Origin: an uncultured Terracidiphilus sp.
GTDB taxonomy: Bacteria > Acidobacteriota > Terriglobia > Terriglobales > Acidobacteriaceae
Direction: 5' to 3'
Length of the DNA stretch: 64,000 bases
Assembly: GCA_964614635.1 (NCBI GenBank)
Contig: CAZTLV010000016.1
Span: forward strand, 18,547-82,546
Numbering within the stretch: the first letter of the stretch is position 1; every line of letters begins with the position of its first letter. The position numbers and the translations under genes were made by a program. Shown piece by piece: positions 25,930 through 34,710 of this stretch. The notes under the pieces are model-generated. The model did not search any database. It saw only the letters and a program-made list of their open reading frames with translations, and was not told where the DNA came from.

Positions 25930-28008
25930 ATGCTTCCCCGCTGCGTGCGATTCCTCCGTCTGCCAGCCCTTATTCTCCTTGTGATTGCCGCCGCCCTCGC
26001 CCCTGCGGAGCAGGCGCCTGGCGCAGCTCCCAAATCTGCTCCCACGCTGGTCCTGGACGGCCTGGGCAAAGGCACGTCCCTGCTCGACGGGCCCTGGCAG
26101 TTTCATCTCGGTGACGACACGGCCTGGGCCGCTCCAGGCCTGGACGACTCCCGTTGGGAGCAATTGGCCGCCGACAAGACCTGGGGCATGCAGGGCCATG
26201 CGAACTACAACGGATTCGCCTGGTACCGCCGCCACATAAGCGTTACGCCCGCACCCGGCGCCGATCCGAACTTCGCCATGTATCTTTCGCCAAGCCAGGA
26301 CGCCTATGAAGTCTATTGGAATGGCGTACTCGTCGCGCGTCACGGAGAATTCCCGCCCAATCCAGTCTGGTATTACTCGGTGCCTCCGCAAACTTTTGGC
26401 CTCGGGCCTGCCCGCAGTGGGGTGCTTGCTTTCCGCTTTTGGAAGGCTCCGCCGGTTTCCTTCGATCCAGGAACTGGCGGGGGCTTCACGGATGCGCCGG
26501 TCCTTGGCAGCCCCGCTGCCATTGCCTCCCATAAGGACACCAATGATTTCCGCTGGCTGCAGCGCAGGCAGTTTATCTGGGGTATCGACTCACTCATGGC
26601 TCTTGTCGCGCTCCTGGCGCTGCTAGCCTGGTTGCGCGACCGCTCACAATGGGTCTTGTTCTGGATTGCCGGCTACTCTCTGGCACCACTCGCGATTACT
26701 GTTCTGCTTGGGTTGCGGATTCCATGGTCCTTCAACTTTTCAATCGGCATGGCGCAGCCTTTCTTTGGGATGATCGACATTTCCCTGTGGTTCGTACTGA
26801 TCTGGCTTCTTGACCTGCACGAGAACCGACGGCTGGTCCGGGTGGCGCGCTTCCTCGGTATTCTCAACATCACTGTTACGTCGCTTGATGGGCTGGTTTC
26901 CCTTCCATTCTGGCCCTCCGGCTGGGAGATTCAGGCAGAGTTTGCGGACGGCGTTTTTACCGGCATCTTCACGGTTTGCGAATCCTTCGCGCTAGTGCTG
27001 GTGGCATACGCTGTCCTCAAGCGCAGGCACCTTGATGTTGCGCGTTGGCTTGTGGCCATCTTTGCGTTTCTCACCAACATGATCTCCGTCGTGCGTATCG
27101 CCTCCGAGCAAGGGCAACGGTTTACGCACTGGACGATCGCGGACAAGATATCCGCCCCTTTGTTTACAGTGAACGGCAATCCCATTACCGCGACCAATAT
27201 TTGCCAGGTATTGCTGCTCGTCTCCATCGTTTATGCGGTCTATCGCTATCTTGTTGAAGATCGCCGCCGTCAGGCTGCTCTCGAACAGGAGTTCAGGAAT
27301 GCGCGCGAGTTGCAACAAGTGCTCGTTCCTGAGGCACTGCCGTCGCTGCCCGGATTTGCCGTCACCAGCGCCTATCGCCCTGCCCAGGAAGTTGGAGGAG
27401 ACTTCTTTCAGATCATTCCGCTTGAAAGCGGATCTACGCTGGTGATCCTGGGCGACGTGAGCGGCAAAGGGCTCAAGGCCGCCATGGCGGTCTCACTGAT
27501 TGTGGGCGCAGCCCGCATGATCGCGGAATACTCCAGCAGCCCCGCGGAGATTCTGGGCGGCCTTAACCGGCGTCTTTATGGCCGGCTGCAAGGCGGTTTC
27601 GCCACGTGTATTGCCTTGCGGCTCGATCCCGATGGCAACTGTGCGATCGCCACCGCCGGTCATCCAGCTCCCTTTCTCAACATGAAGGAAATGAGCCTTC
27701 CAGGTGCGCTTCCACTCGGAATTCAGACCACTGCCAGCTACGACGAGACAACCATTCGCCTCGGCGTCGGCGACCACTTCGCGCTTTACACGGATGGACT
27801 GCTTGAAGCCCGAAGCCAGACAGGCGAGCTGTACAGTTTCGCACGCCTGCAGACCCTCTTCGCCACTCATCCAAATGCGGCCGAAGCAACTCAAGCCGCA
27901 GTCAACTTTGGCCAGGACGACGACATTACCGTCTTGACCCTCACGCGTCTTGCCACCGGTGAAGAATCCACCGCGATGCATATTGCCCCGACGCCCGCCA
28001 CGGCCTGA
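25930..28008 (+). CDS. Membrane sensor PP2C/SpoIIE-family phosphatase (exported sugar-binding-like domain, multi-TM module, PP2C domain)
   Basis: The signal peptide begins at the ATG at 25930. The periplasmic part contains YNGFAWYRRHISV (7TMR-DISM/GH2-N-like). About 7 TM helices follow. The C-terminal part EVGGDFFQIIP...LGDVSGKGLKAAM...TAGHPAPF...LYTDGLLEA...DDDITVLTL is SpoIIE-type PP2C. Confidence 0.85.
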   Translation: MLPRCVRFLRLPALILLVIAAALAPAEQAPGAAPKSAPTLVLDGLGKGTSLLDGPWQFHLGDDTAWAAPGLDDSRWEQLAADKTWGMQGHANYNGFAWYRRHISVTPAPGADPNFAMYLSPSQDAYEVYWNGVLVARHGEFPPNPVWYYSVPPQTFGLGPARSGVLAFRFWKAPPVSFDPGTGGGFTDAPVLGSPAAIASHKDTNDFRWLQRRQFIWGIDSLMALVALLALLAWLRDRSQWVLFWIAGYSLAPLAITVLLGLRIPWSFNFSIGMAQPFFGMIDISLWFVLIWLLDLHENRRLVRVARFLGILNITVTSLDGLVSLPFWPSGWEIQAEFADGVFTGIFTVCESFALVLVAYAVLKRRHLDVARWLVAIFAFLTNMISVVRIASEQGQRFTHWTIADKISAPLFTVNGNPITATNICQVLLLVSIVYAVYRYLVEDRRRQAALEQEFRNARELQQVLVPEALPSLPGFAVTSAYRPAQEVGGDFFQIIPLESGSTLVILGDVSGKGLKAAMAVSLIVGAARMIAEYSSSPAEILGGLNRRLYGRLQGGFATCIALRLDPDGNCAIATAGHPAPFLNMKEMSLPGALPLGIQTTASYDETTIRLGVGDHFALYTDGLLEARSQTGELYSFARLQTLFATHPNAAEATQAAVNFGQDDDITVLTLTRLATGEESTAMHIAPTPATA

Positions 28009-28226
28009 CGTCCTCCAGACCCGAGTGATTCGAACGTTGCACTTGGCAGCGTTCATTCGACGCGCTTTAAGCCCGGCACGTGCGCAGCGTCACATTCGCA
28101 CGTGATTCAACTCACATACAGAGCAGCAACACCTTCCTGTACGGTGAGGCATACCAGAAGTGCTCCAGATCACTTTGAGAACCTTCATGAAGGCTTCTGG
28201 CTGCGATGTTGAGGGGTTAAGGCCGC

Positions 28227-28700
28227 ATGATCGTCTTCAAGGAAGCACGGCATCTTTTCCATTTTGCGGGGCTTTTTGTCCTCGCCTTCCTGGTGTTCCT
28301 GGTGGCGCGCCACTATGTCGTTCCAAAGAGCTTCGGCGAGTACGGGCACTATCGCGGTGCGGCCATCGGCGAAATGGCCGCGCATCCCATCAAGTTTGCC
28401 GGACACCAGGCCTGCGAATCCTGTCATTCCGATGTTTTGGACGTGAAATCAAAGGGCAAACATGCCCATGTCAACTGCGAAGCCTGCCATGGAGCTCTAG
28501 CCAAACATGCTGACGATCCGTCAGCGATGACGCCGGTTCTCCCTGACTCTGCTGTGCTTTGCGCACGTTGTCATACTGCCAGCGCAGCCAAACCAAAGGG
28601 CTTTCCTCAAGTAGTGCCGGCGGATCACTCCAACGGCTTGCCGTGCGACACATGTCACAAGCCGCACAGCCCGGCGATGGATGCAGGAGGTGCAAATTGA
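28227..28700 (+). CDS. Membrane-anchored tetrahaem c-type cytochrome
   Basis: 157 aa with one N-terminal TM helix (FAGLFVLAFLVFLVA). There are four CxxCH motifs: CESCH, CEACH, CARCH, CDTCH. Confidence 0.85.
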   Translation: MIVFKEARHLFHFAGLFVLAFLVFLVARHYVVPKSFGEYGHYRGAAIGEMAAHPIKFAGHQACESCHSDVLDVKSKGKHAHVNCEACHGALAKHADDPSAMTPVLPDSAVLCARCHTASAAKPKGFPQVVPADHSNGLPCDTCHKPHSPAMDAGGAN

Positions 28701-29428
28701 ATATTTCAAGGCGTCAGATTCTGATTCTGTTGCCCGCGGCCGCCGTCGCATGGAAGTCCGTTCTTGCCGGGACCCCAGAAGCCTCACCGAATTACAAGAT
28801 GACCGATCACTGGTGGAGCATGTTGATTGACATTCCCAAGTGCATCGGTTGCGGCAACTGTGTCAGGGCCTGCCAAATTGAGAACGATGTGCCGGATGGC
28901 AATTTCCGCACCTGGGTTGAGCGTTATCACGTAACCGATGAGAACATGGTCAGCCCCGAGGTCATCTCGCCTGATGGCGGCAAAGAAGGCTTCCCGGTCG
29001 CTGCTGAAGACGCAGGTAAATACTTTTTTGTTCCCAAGATGTGCAACCAATGTGCCGATTCGCCTTGCACGCAGGTGTGCCCAGTCGGCGCAACGTTTAT
29101 CAGCCCTGATGGGGTTGTCCTCGTCGATCAGAAGTACTGCCTGGGCTGCGCTTACTGTGTGCAGGCTTGCCCGTATGGATGCAGGTACATTCATCCGGAA
29201 AAGAAAGTCGCGGATAAGTGCACGCTTTGCTATCACCGGATCACCAAGGGGCTTACGACCGCTTGTTGCGAAGCGTGCCCCACAGGCGCGCGCCAGCTTG
29301 CAGATCTGAAGAACCCGAACGATCCGATTCATGAGTTTCTGAAGACGCACAGCGTGCAGGTGCTCAAGCCGCAGATGGCGACCGGCGCAAAGGTCTATTA
29401 CAACGACCTGGACGGATCAGTGCGATAG
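28697..29428 (+). CDS. Tat-exported 4Fe-4S ferredoxin-type subunit (NrfC/PsrB/HmcB-like)
   Basis: TTG 28697 overlaps the upstream TGA and is preceded by AGGAGG. The N-terminus is MNISRRQILILLPAAAVA (twin-arginine). There are four Cys clusters: CIGCGNCVRAC, CNQCADSPCTQVCP, CLGCAYCVQACP, CTLC...CCEACP. Confidence 0.9.
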   Translation: MNISRRQILILLPAAAVAWKSVLAGTPEASPNYKMTDHWWSMLIDIPKCIGCGNCVRACQIENDVPDGNFRTWVERYHVTDENMVSPEVISPDGGKEGFPVAAEDAGKYFFVPKMCNQCADSPCTQVCPVGATFISPDGVVLVDQKYCLGCAYCVQACPYGCRYIHPEKKVADKCTLCYHRITKGLTTACCEACPTGARQLADLKNPNDPIHEFLKTHSVQVLKPQMATGAKVYYNDLDGSVR

Positions 29429-29451
29429 GCAAGCTGTATAAGTGAGGGGTT

Positions 29452-30630
29452 ATGAACGGTGTCGAAGGCTTCATGTATCCGAACGAGGTTGGTCTCCAGT
29501 GGAGCGTGCTGATCGTTCTGTACCCGTACATCACGGGTCTGGTCGCGGGCGCATTCATTCTGGCATCGCTTGAACGTGTCTTCCGGGTTGAAGCGGTCAA
29601 ACCCACCTATCGCCTGGCGTTGCTGACGGCCCTCGCGTTTCTGTGCGTCGCTCCGCTGCCCCTGCAATTGCATCTAGGGCATCCGGAGCGTTCTCCTGAG
29701 ATGTACTTCACTCCGCATAGCACCTCGGCAATGGCCATGTTCGGCTATGTGTATCTGTGGTACTTGATGGCAGTGCTGGTGCTTGAGATCTGGCTGGACT
29801 ACCGGCGTGAAATCGTGCTCCTTTCGCAGTCAAGCAAGGGATTGCTGCGCCTCATCTATAAGGTCATGACGCTGGGCTCCTCCAACATCAGTCCGCGGTC
29901 ATTGGCCATCGATGAGCGCGTAGGCTACATCGTGACTCTGATTGGCATTCCATCCGCTTTCCTGTTGCATGGATATGTTGGTTTCATCTTCGGCTCGATC
30001 AAGGCCAATCCCTGGTGGTCTTCGCCCCTGATGCCGGTCGTCTTCATCTTCTCCGCCATGGTCTCGGGCATTGCCGCGGTCATGATGTTGTACATGGGCA
30101 TTTCGAGGCTGCGCAAGCAAACGATCGACATGCGCTGCGTGGATTCGATCGCGATGTACCTCTTCTATATCTTCATCATCGACTTCAGTCTTGAGATGCT
30201 CGATCTGATCCACCGCATCTACGAAGCCGACGAATCGTTCCGAAGCCTCGATTTTCTCGTCCATACTCAACTGTTCATTCCGCACATTGTTATTCAGATC
30301 ATGCTTGGCACGCTGGTCCCCATCATCCTGCTGGGCATTCTCCAAGTGACAAAACTGCCTGAAATCGCTCGCAAGCGGATGTACGTTGTAGCCGGTACTT
30401 TGACGTTGATCGGAATCTTCGCGATGCGTTGGAACGTTGTGATCGGCGGCCAATTGTTCTCAAAGAGCTTCCTTGGGTACACCACTTACAAGATGGCCCT
30501 GGTCACGCGCGAAGGCTTGTTGCCGGCGATCGCTCTCACCCTTTTGCCATTTGCCTTCCTCTGGATTCTAGTTAAGTTGCTCCCTCCCTGGCCCGAGAAG
30601 AAAGAGCATGAGCCCGCGGCCGCGGATTGA
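29452..30630 (+). CDS. NrfD/PsrC-family integral membrane quinone-interacting subunit
   Basis: 392 aa with about 10 TM helices. The N-terminus EVGLQWSVLIVLYPYITGLVAGAFILASL is typical of the NrfD family. Confidence 0.85.
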   Translation: MNGVEGFMYPNEVGLQWSVLIVLYPYITGLVAGAFILASLERVFRVEAVKPTYRLALLTALAFLCVAPLPLQLHLGHPERSPEMYFTPHSTSAMAMFGYVYLWYLMAVLVLEIWLDYRREIVLLSQSSKGLLRLIYKVMTLGSSNISPRSLAIDERVGYIVTLIGIPSAFLLHGYVGFIFGSIKANPWWSSPLMPVVFIFSAMVSGIAAVMMLYMGISRLRKQTIDMRCVDSIAMYLFYIFIIDFSLEMLDLIHRIYEADESFRSLDFLVHTQLFIPHIVIQIMLGTLVPIILLGILQVTKLPEIARKRMYVVAGTLTLIGIFAMRWNVVIGGQLFSKSFLGYTTYKMALVTREGLLPAIALTLLPFAFLWILVKLLPPWPEKKEHEPAAAD

Positions 30631-30674
30631 GTGCGAATGCGTTCTGAGCACGACGTTTCTGTCGGGTGGAATGA

Positions 30675-32363
30675 ATGGAAGATCTCCCCGAATCCGTAAA
30701 TCGACTTGCTTCACGTCTCGAGTCGCTGGAGCTTCGCGTCTTCGCGCTGGAACATCCTTCTGAGGCGCTCAACCCACTCCCCGTTCAGGAGTTGGCTTCG
30801 TCCGAGACAGTTGAGGACCGTCCCTTCGCTGTGGCGGGTGGCGCCTTTTCAGTTCTCGGCAAGGCCTTGCTTGGCATTGCCGGCGCCTACCTGCTGCGCG
30901 CTGTTGCTGAGTCCACATCACTTCCAAAGCCTGGCGTCGCGGCCATTGCCATTGCTTACGCAATGTTCTGGTTGGTGTGGGCGTCGCGCGCTCCGGCAGG
31001 CGCCTGGTTCGCCAGCGTCACCTATGCCTGCACCTCTGCGCTAATCCTGGCGCCCATGCTTTGGGAACTCACCCTCAGCTTCAAAGTGCTGTCGCCGGAG
31101 TTCACCGCCGGAGTTCTGGGAGCTTTTGTCTGCGTGGCTTCCGCATTGGCGTGGAAGCGCGACCACGCCAATGTCCTCTGGGTCGCCTTTTCAAGCGCCG
31201 CCGTGCTGGCTATCGCCCTTTCCATCGCAACACACCAATTAGAGCCGTTTGCGGTAACCCTGTTGCTGATGGTTCTTCTTTGCGAACTAGCCTCAATGCA
31301 CTATCCCGGGCCGACTGTTCGCCCGCTGGTGGCTGCCGCTGCCGACATTCAAATATGGGCGCTGATTTTCATTTATGCCGGCCCGCATGCTGCACGCACG
31401 GAGTATTCGCCGATTGGCGTGCCCGCATTGCTTGCGCCTGCATGCGCATTGCTTCTTATCTGCGGGGTTTCTGTAATCATCAAGATCATCTTCTTAAAGC
31501 AACAGATCACAATGTTTGAGACCCTCCAAACCATGACTGCCTTTTTGCTTGCGGCCGCAAGCGTGCATTACTTCTGGCCTCGTGGCGGCCCATTCATCCT
31601 TGGTGTTTTGTGTCTGATCTTGTGCGTTGCTGGCTATGCGCTCGTTTTGGCCGTTTTCAACCCCATCCGCGATCGGCGGAACTATCAGGTGATTTCCACA
31701 TGGAGCGCAATTCTGCTGCTGGCAGGATGCGCCCTATGCATTCCCCCAACCTGGAGTTCGGCTTGCTTGAGTTCGGCAGCCGCTGCTGCAACATTTCAGG
31801 GTGTGAGACTCGGGCGAATGAGATTTCAATTTCACGGCCTCTTGTTTTTGCTTGCTGCCTCGGCTTCGAGCGGACTTCTGGATTATGCGCTTCAGGCGCT
31901 GACCGGAACGGTTCCCGCAGCGCCGTCGATCAGCATGTACCTTGCGGCAATTGCTGCGCTTTTCTGCTATGCGGCGGGAAAATTCAGTCAGGCAGAAGCG
32001 TGGAGCCAACAGGCTTTGCACACGGTCCTCGCTCTGGTGGCAATTGCTTCTGCTTCGGCGATGCTGGTGCAAGGCCTCATGACTCTCGTCGCGTTGAGCA
32101 CAAATCCAGGCGCGCATCATCTTGCCTTTGTTCGCACACTCATCGTTTGCGCAGCAGCTCTTGTGCTTGCCTACAGCGGTGCGCATTGGCGCCGAATGGA
32201 ACTCACTCGAATTGGATATGCCACGCTGGCGCTGGTGGCCGCAAAGCTTGTTCTTGAAGACCTGCGCCACGGCCATCTGGGGTTCATCGCAGCTTCAATC
32301 TTTCTGTTTGCGGTTACTTTGATTGCTGTTCCGCGCATTGCTCGAATGGGAAAACCTGTTTGA
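30675..32363 (+). CDS. Large polytopic membrane protein (DUF2339-like)
   Basis: 562 aa. It has an N-terminal amphipathic segment (VNRLASRLESLELRVFALE) followed by about 14 or more hydrophobic helices. The family assignment is from memory and weak. It starts 44 nt after the NrfD-like gene. Confidence 0.6.
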   Translation: MEDLPESVNRLASRLESLELRVFALEHPSEALNPLPVQELASSETVEDRPFAVAGGAFSVLGKALLGIAGAYLLRAVAESTSLPKPGVAAIAIAYAMFWLVWASRAPAGAWFASVTYACTSALILAPMLWELTLSFKVLSPEFTAGVLGAFVCVASALAWKRDHANVLWVAFSSAAVLAIALSIATHQLEPFAVTLLLMVLLCELASMHYPGPTVRPLVAAAADIQIWALIFIYAGPHAARTEYSPIGVPALLAPACALLLICGVSVIIKIIFLKQQITMFETLQTMTAFLLAAASVHYFWPRGGPFILGVLCLILCVAGYALVLAVFNPIRDRRNYQVISTWSAILLLAGCALCIPPTWSSACLSSAAAAATFQGVRLGRMRFQFHGLLFLLAASASSGLLDYALQALTGTVPAAPSISMYLAAIAALFCYAAGKFSQAEAWSQQALHTVLALVAIASASAMLVQGLMTLVALSTNPGAHHLAFVRTLIVCAAALVLAYSGAHWRRMELTRIGYATLALVAAKLVLEDLRHGHLGFIAASIFLFAVTLIAVPRIARMGKPV

Positions 32364-32455
32364 GCAAACCAGTCAATCAGAGCTGCATGTGGCAAACCCC
32401 GGGTCTCGCAGGCCAGGACCGCGAGACCTGCGCACCCGGGGTCAGCCTGCGGTGA

Positions 32456-33643
32456 TCAACGAATTATCTGCGGCTCTTCACGACGCTGTTCACCGTTCAG
32501 CTTCAGTTTGCTGATGTGAACGTCGTATCCGGTGGCAGGCAGCAGGGATTCAAGCACAAACGTCTCCGTGCCGCCCGACTTGAGTTCGCGATAGCGATAC
32601 ACGCCAACCTCACCTTCGCTGCTCTCCGTGCCGCCGGTGGGTGCATTCAAAAAGCGCTGTGCATCATCTACGGTTGCTGTAGAGGACTTGTCGCCTTCGC
32701 TCAGGCTCTCCGCCGCATAGGACCGCGCCAGTTTGGTCCAGTAGCGGGAAAGCAGTTCGGTATCTGCAAAAAGGTCAGCCCATACGATCTCGCCGCGCAC
32801 CGCCACGACAACTCCGATGGCATGTTCCTCACGCAGCCTGGCAAGCACCTGGTCACGGGACTTCATCACTGGAGCAATCTCTTCATCTATCTTTGCGCTT
32901 ACGCCGCTGTCCTGCATGGCTTTTGCATAGCTCGTAGTGTTGAAGCTCCTGTAAGCCCCGGCCGACCCTGACGAGGATGGTGAAGCAGAAGGCGCCGCGG
33001 CCGCCATGTTCAAGATGGCGCCGCTCACTGAATCCCACACATGCTGCTGGCTCTTTGAGACCATCGCTTCCTGGCGAACTGTGGGCTGAACCATGAAGCT
33101 GCCCACTTTGCCCATGCCTGCGGCTCCGAATTTCGCCGATGTCTCTGTCCACCGACCGTGCTCGATGCAAAATACCGAAAGGTCGATGGGATCACTGCCC
33201 GCGGGAACAATTCGATCCTTGGCAATGATTCTGTCCTGTTTGCCACCGGTCACAATCTCGCCCGCAAGCAGCAGCAAAGGTTGACTGGAGTTGTTCACCA
33301 GTACCAGCGTGTTCACCATGTCGCCGCGATAGCGATCTTCCCAAACCGGCCCATTGCCTCTGGGGCGAACGAGCCCGCGGACCTTTCCCGCTTCAGTCAC
33401 TTCCACCTGTCCACCCTTGATCCCTTCGTCAAGGGTGAGAAATGGAGTAGCGCCGGGAGACTTGCTATTTGCTCTCACAACCGGGAAAAGCAACAGGTTG
33501 CCGCTCTCGATGGGCGCCAGCACCTTGAAGTCGTTTGCCGGCTCAACCGGCCCTCCGCCTGCCATCACGCCGCTATGCTGCTCAAATGCTGCGAGCGCAA
33601 ATAGCGCGGCGCCCGCAAGACCAATTCTGCCGAGATTCATCAT
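32456..33643 (-). CDS. Exported protein of unknown function (N-terminal region resembles the ARPP-1/DUF6569-type domain)
   Basis: The ATG at 33643 is preceded by AAGGAGAG. The signal peptide is MMNLGRIGLAGAALFALAAF. The segment LLLFPVV...FLTLDEGIKGGQVEVTEAGKV...LVNNSSQPLLLLAGEIVTGGKQDRI...PAGSDPIDLSVFCIEHGRW matches my memory of that family. This is unverified. Confidence 0.55.
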   Translation of the reverse strand: MMNLGRIGLAGAALFALAAFEQHSGVMAGGGPVEPANDFKVLAPIESGNLLLFPVVRANSKSPGATPFLTLDEGIKGGQVEVTEAGKVRGLVRPRGNGPVWEDRYRGDMVNTLVLVNNSSQPLLLLAGEIVTGGKQDRIIAKDRIVPAGSDPIDLSVFCIEHGRWTETSAKFGAAGMGKVGSFMVQPTVRQEAMVSKSQQHVWDSVSGAILNMAAAAPSASPSSSGSAGAYRSFNTTSYAKAMQDSGVSAKIDEEIAPVMKSRDQVLARLREEHAIGVVVAVRGEIVWADLFADTELLSRYWTKLARSYAAESLSEGDKSSTATVDDAQRFLNAPTGGTESSEGEVGVYRYRELKSGGTETFVLESLLPATGYDVHISKLKLNGEQRREEPQIIR

Positions 33644-33708
33644 GACTCTCCTTCGCCGGCTGCCTGCGCTGCCGGGCTCTACGTCAGGAACGCCCGCTGA
33701 CTGCTTTC

Positions 33709-34710
33709 TTGCAGTCTTTTTTTGTGTCACCGGTTTGGCGTATCTTGAGGGCAGTGGGGATTACACCGTCTCAACCCGTTGAGAGCACGCCCGCAGGCAA
33801 AGTTTTCGTCCTGCCCGGCAGCATCGATCTCGTGTTGTTCGAAGAACTTTGGCGAGAATGCGGAAAGGGCGCTTTCGGCCTGACGCGGGAAGAATTCAGC
33901 GCGATTCTGATTCGCGCAGGCACCACTCAGGACTATGGGATGAGCCCCGATCTGCTTGCCGGATCGCCCCCTTCAACCCAGCAGCAGGCGACCTTCTACC
34001 ATGGTTTGAAGCTGGCAGACCTGGTGCTGGCCCAGGCCTGCGCGCAGGGCAACGAGCGAGCATGGGAGCACTTTCTTGCGCTGTACCGCCAACCCCTTGA
34101 GCGGGCAGCCATTGCAATTACCGGAGGCGTATCGCTAGGACGTGATCTTGCCGACCAACTCTATGCAGAGCTCTACGGGATGACAACAAAAGACGGACAG
34201 AGGCGCTGCCCCCTCGATTCCTATCGCGGCCGCGGGTCGCTGATTGGCTGGCTCAGAACCACTCTCGCCCAGCGCCACGTGGACCACCACCGGCGCACCC
34301 ATCGTGAGCAGCCGATTAAAGAAATGCATGAATTTGAAGCGCCGCCTCTCGATTCAGAGTTGGAAAACTCTGACAGCGAACTAAGTTTGCTGGGCAAGGC
34401 CATTGCAGCGGCTCTCGCAGAGAGACAGCCTGAAGAACGATTCTTGCTGGCAACCTACTATCTTGATGGACGAACGCTTTTTCAAATCGGCCAGGTCCTC
34501 CACGTGCACGAAGCCACCATCAGCCGGAAGCTGCGTCGTGTTGTGGAGGACCTTAGGAAACAGGTGCTGAAGCGTCTGCAAACGCTGGGAATGAGCAAGC
34601 GCGCCGCCGAAGAGGCGCTTGGAACTGACCCGCGAGACCTTGATATCAATCTGAAGAAACTATTGCAAACTTCGCAATCGGATGCGTTCCAAGAGAAGGC
34701 TGCACAATGA
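33709..34710 (+). CDS. ECF-type sigma-70 family RNA polymerase sigma factor (long N-terminus; start uncertain)
   Basis: The region-2-like segment is FLALYRQPLERAAIAITG...LYAELY. The region-4 HTH is LLATYYLDGRTLFQIGQVLHVHEATISRKLRRVVEDLRK. The stop overlaps the anti-sigma start (ATGA). Confidence 0.8.
   Translation: MQSFFVSPVWRILRAVGITPSQPVESTPAGKVFVLPGSIDLVLFEELWRECGKGAFGLTREEFSAILIRAGTTQDYGMSPDLLAGSPPSTQQQATFYHGLKLADLVLAQACAQGNERAWEHFLALYRQPLERAAIAITGGVSLGRDLADQLYAELYGMTTKDGQRRCPLDSYRGRGSLIGWLRTTLAQRHVDHHRRTHREQPIKEMHEFEAPPLDSELENSDSELSLLGKAIAAALAERQPEERFLLATYYLDGRTLFQIGQVLHVHEATISRKLRRVVEDLRKQVLKRLQTLGMSKRAAEEALGTDPRDLDINLKKLLQTSQSDAFQEKAAQ

Noticed and set aside
28032-28054. Hairpin GAACGTTGC-ACTTG-GCAGCGTTC just after the PP2C stop, considered as a terminator.
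   Set aside because: The stem is 9 bp with one G-T pair and there is no U-tract. It is plausible but too weak to annotate.
28077-28193. An 8-bp inverted repeat CACGTGCG-N12-CGCACGTG (28077..28104) and a 12-nt palindrome CCTTCATGAAGG (28182..28193) upstream of the cytochrome operon, considered as operators.
   Set aside because: Elements of this size are expected many times by chance in 64 kb (of the order of 15-20). They are worth testing only if they are conserved in orthologous promoters.
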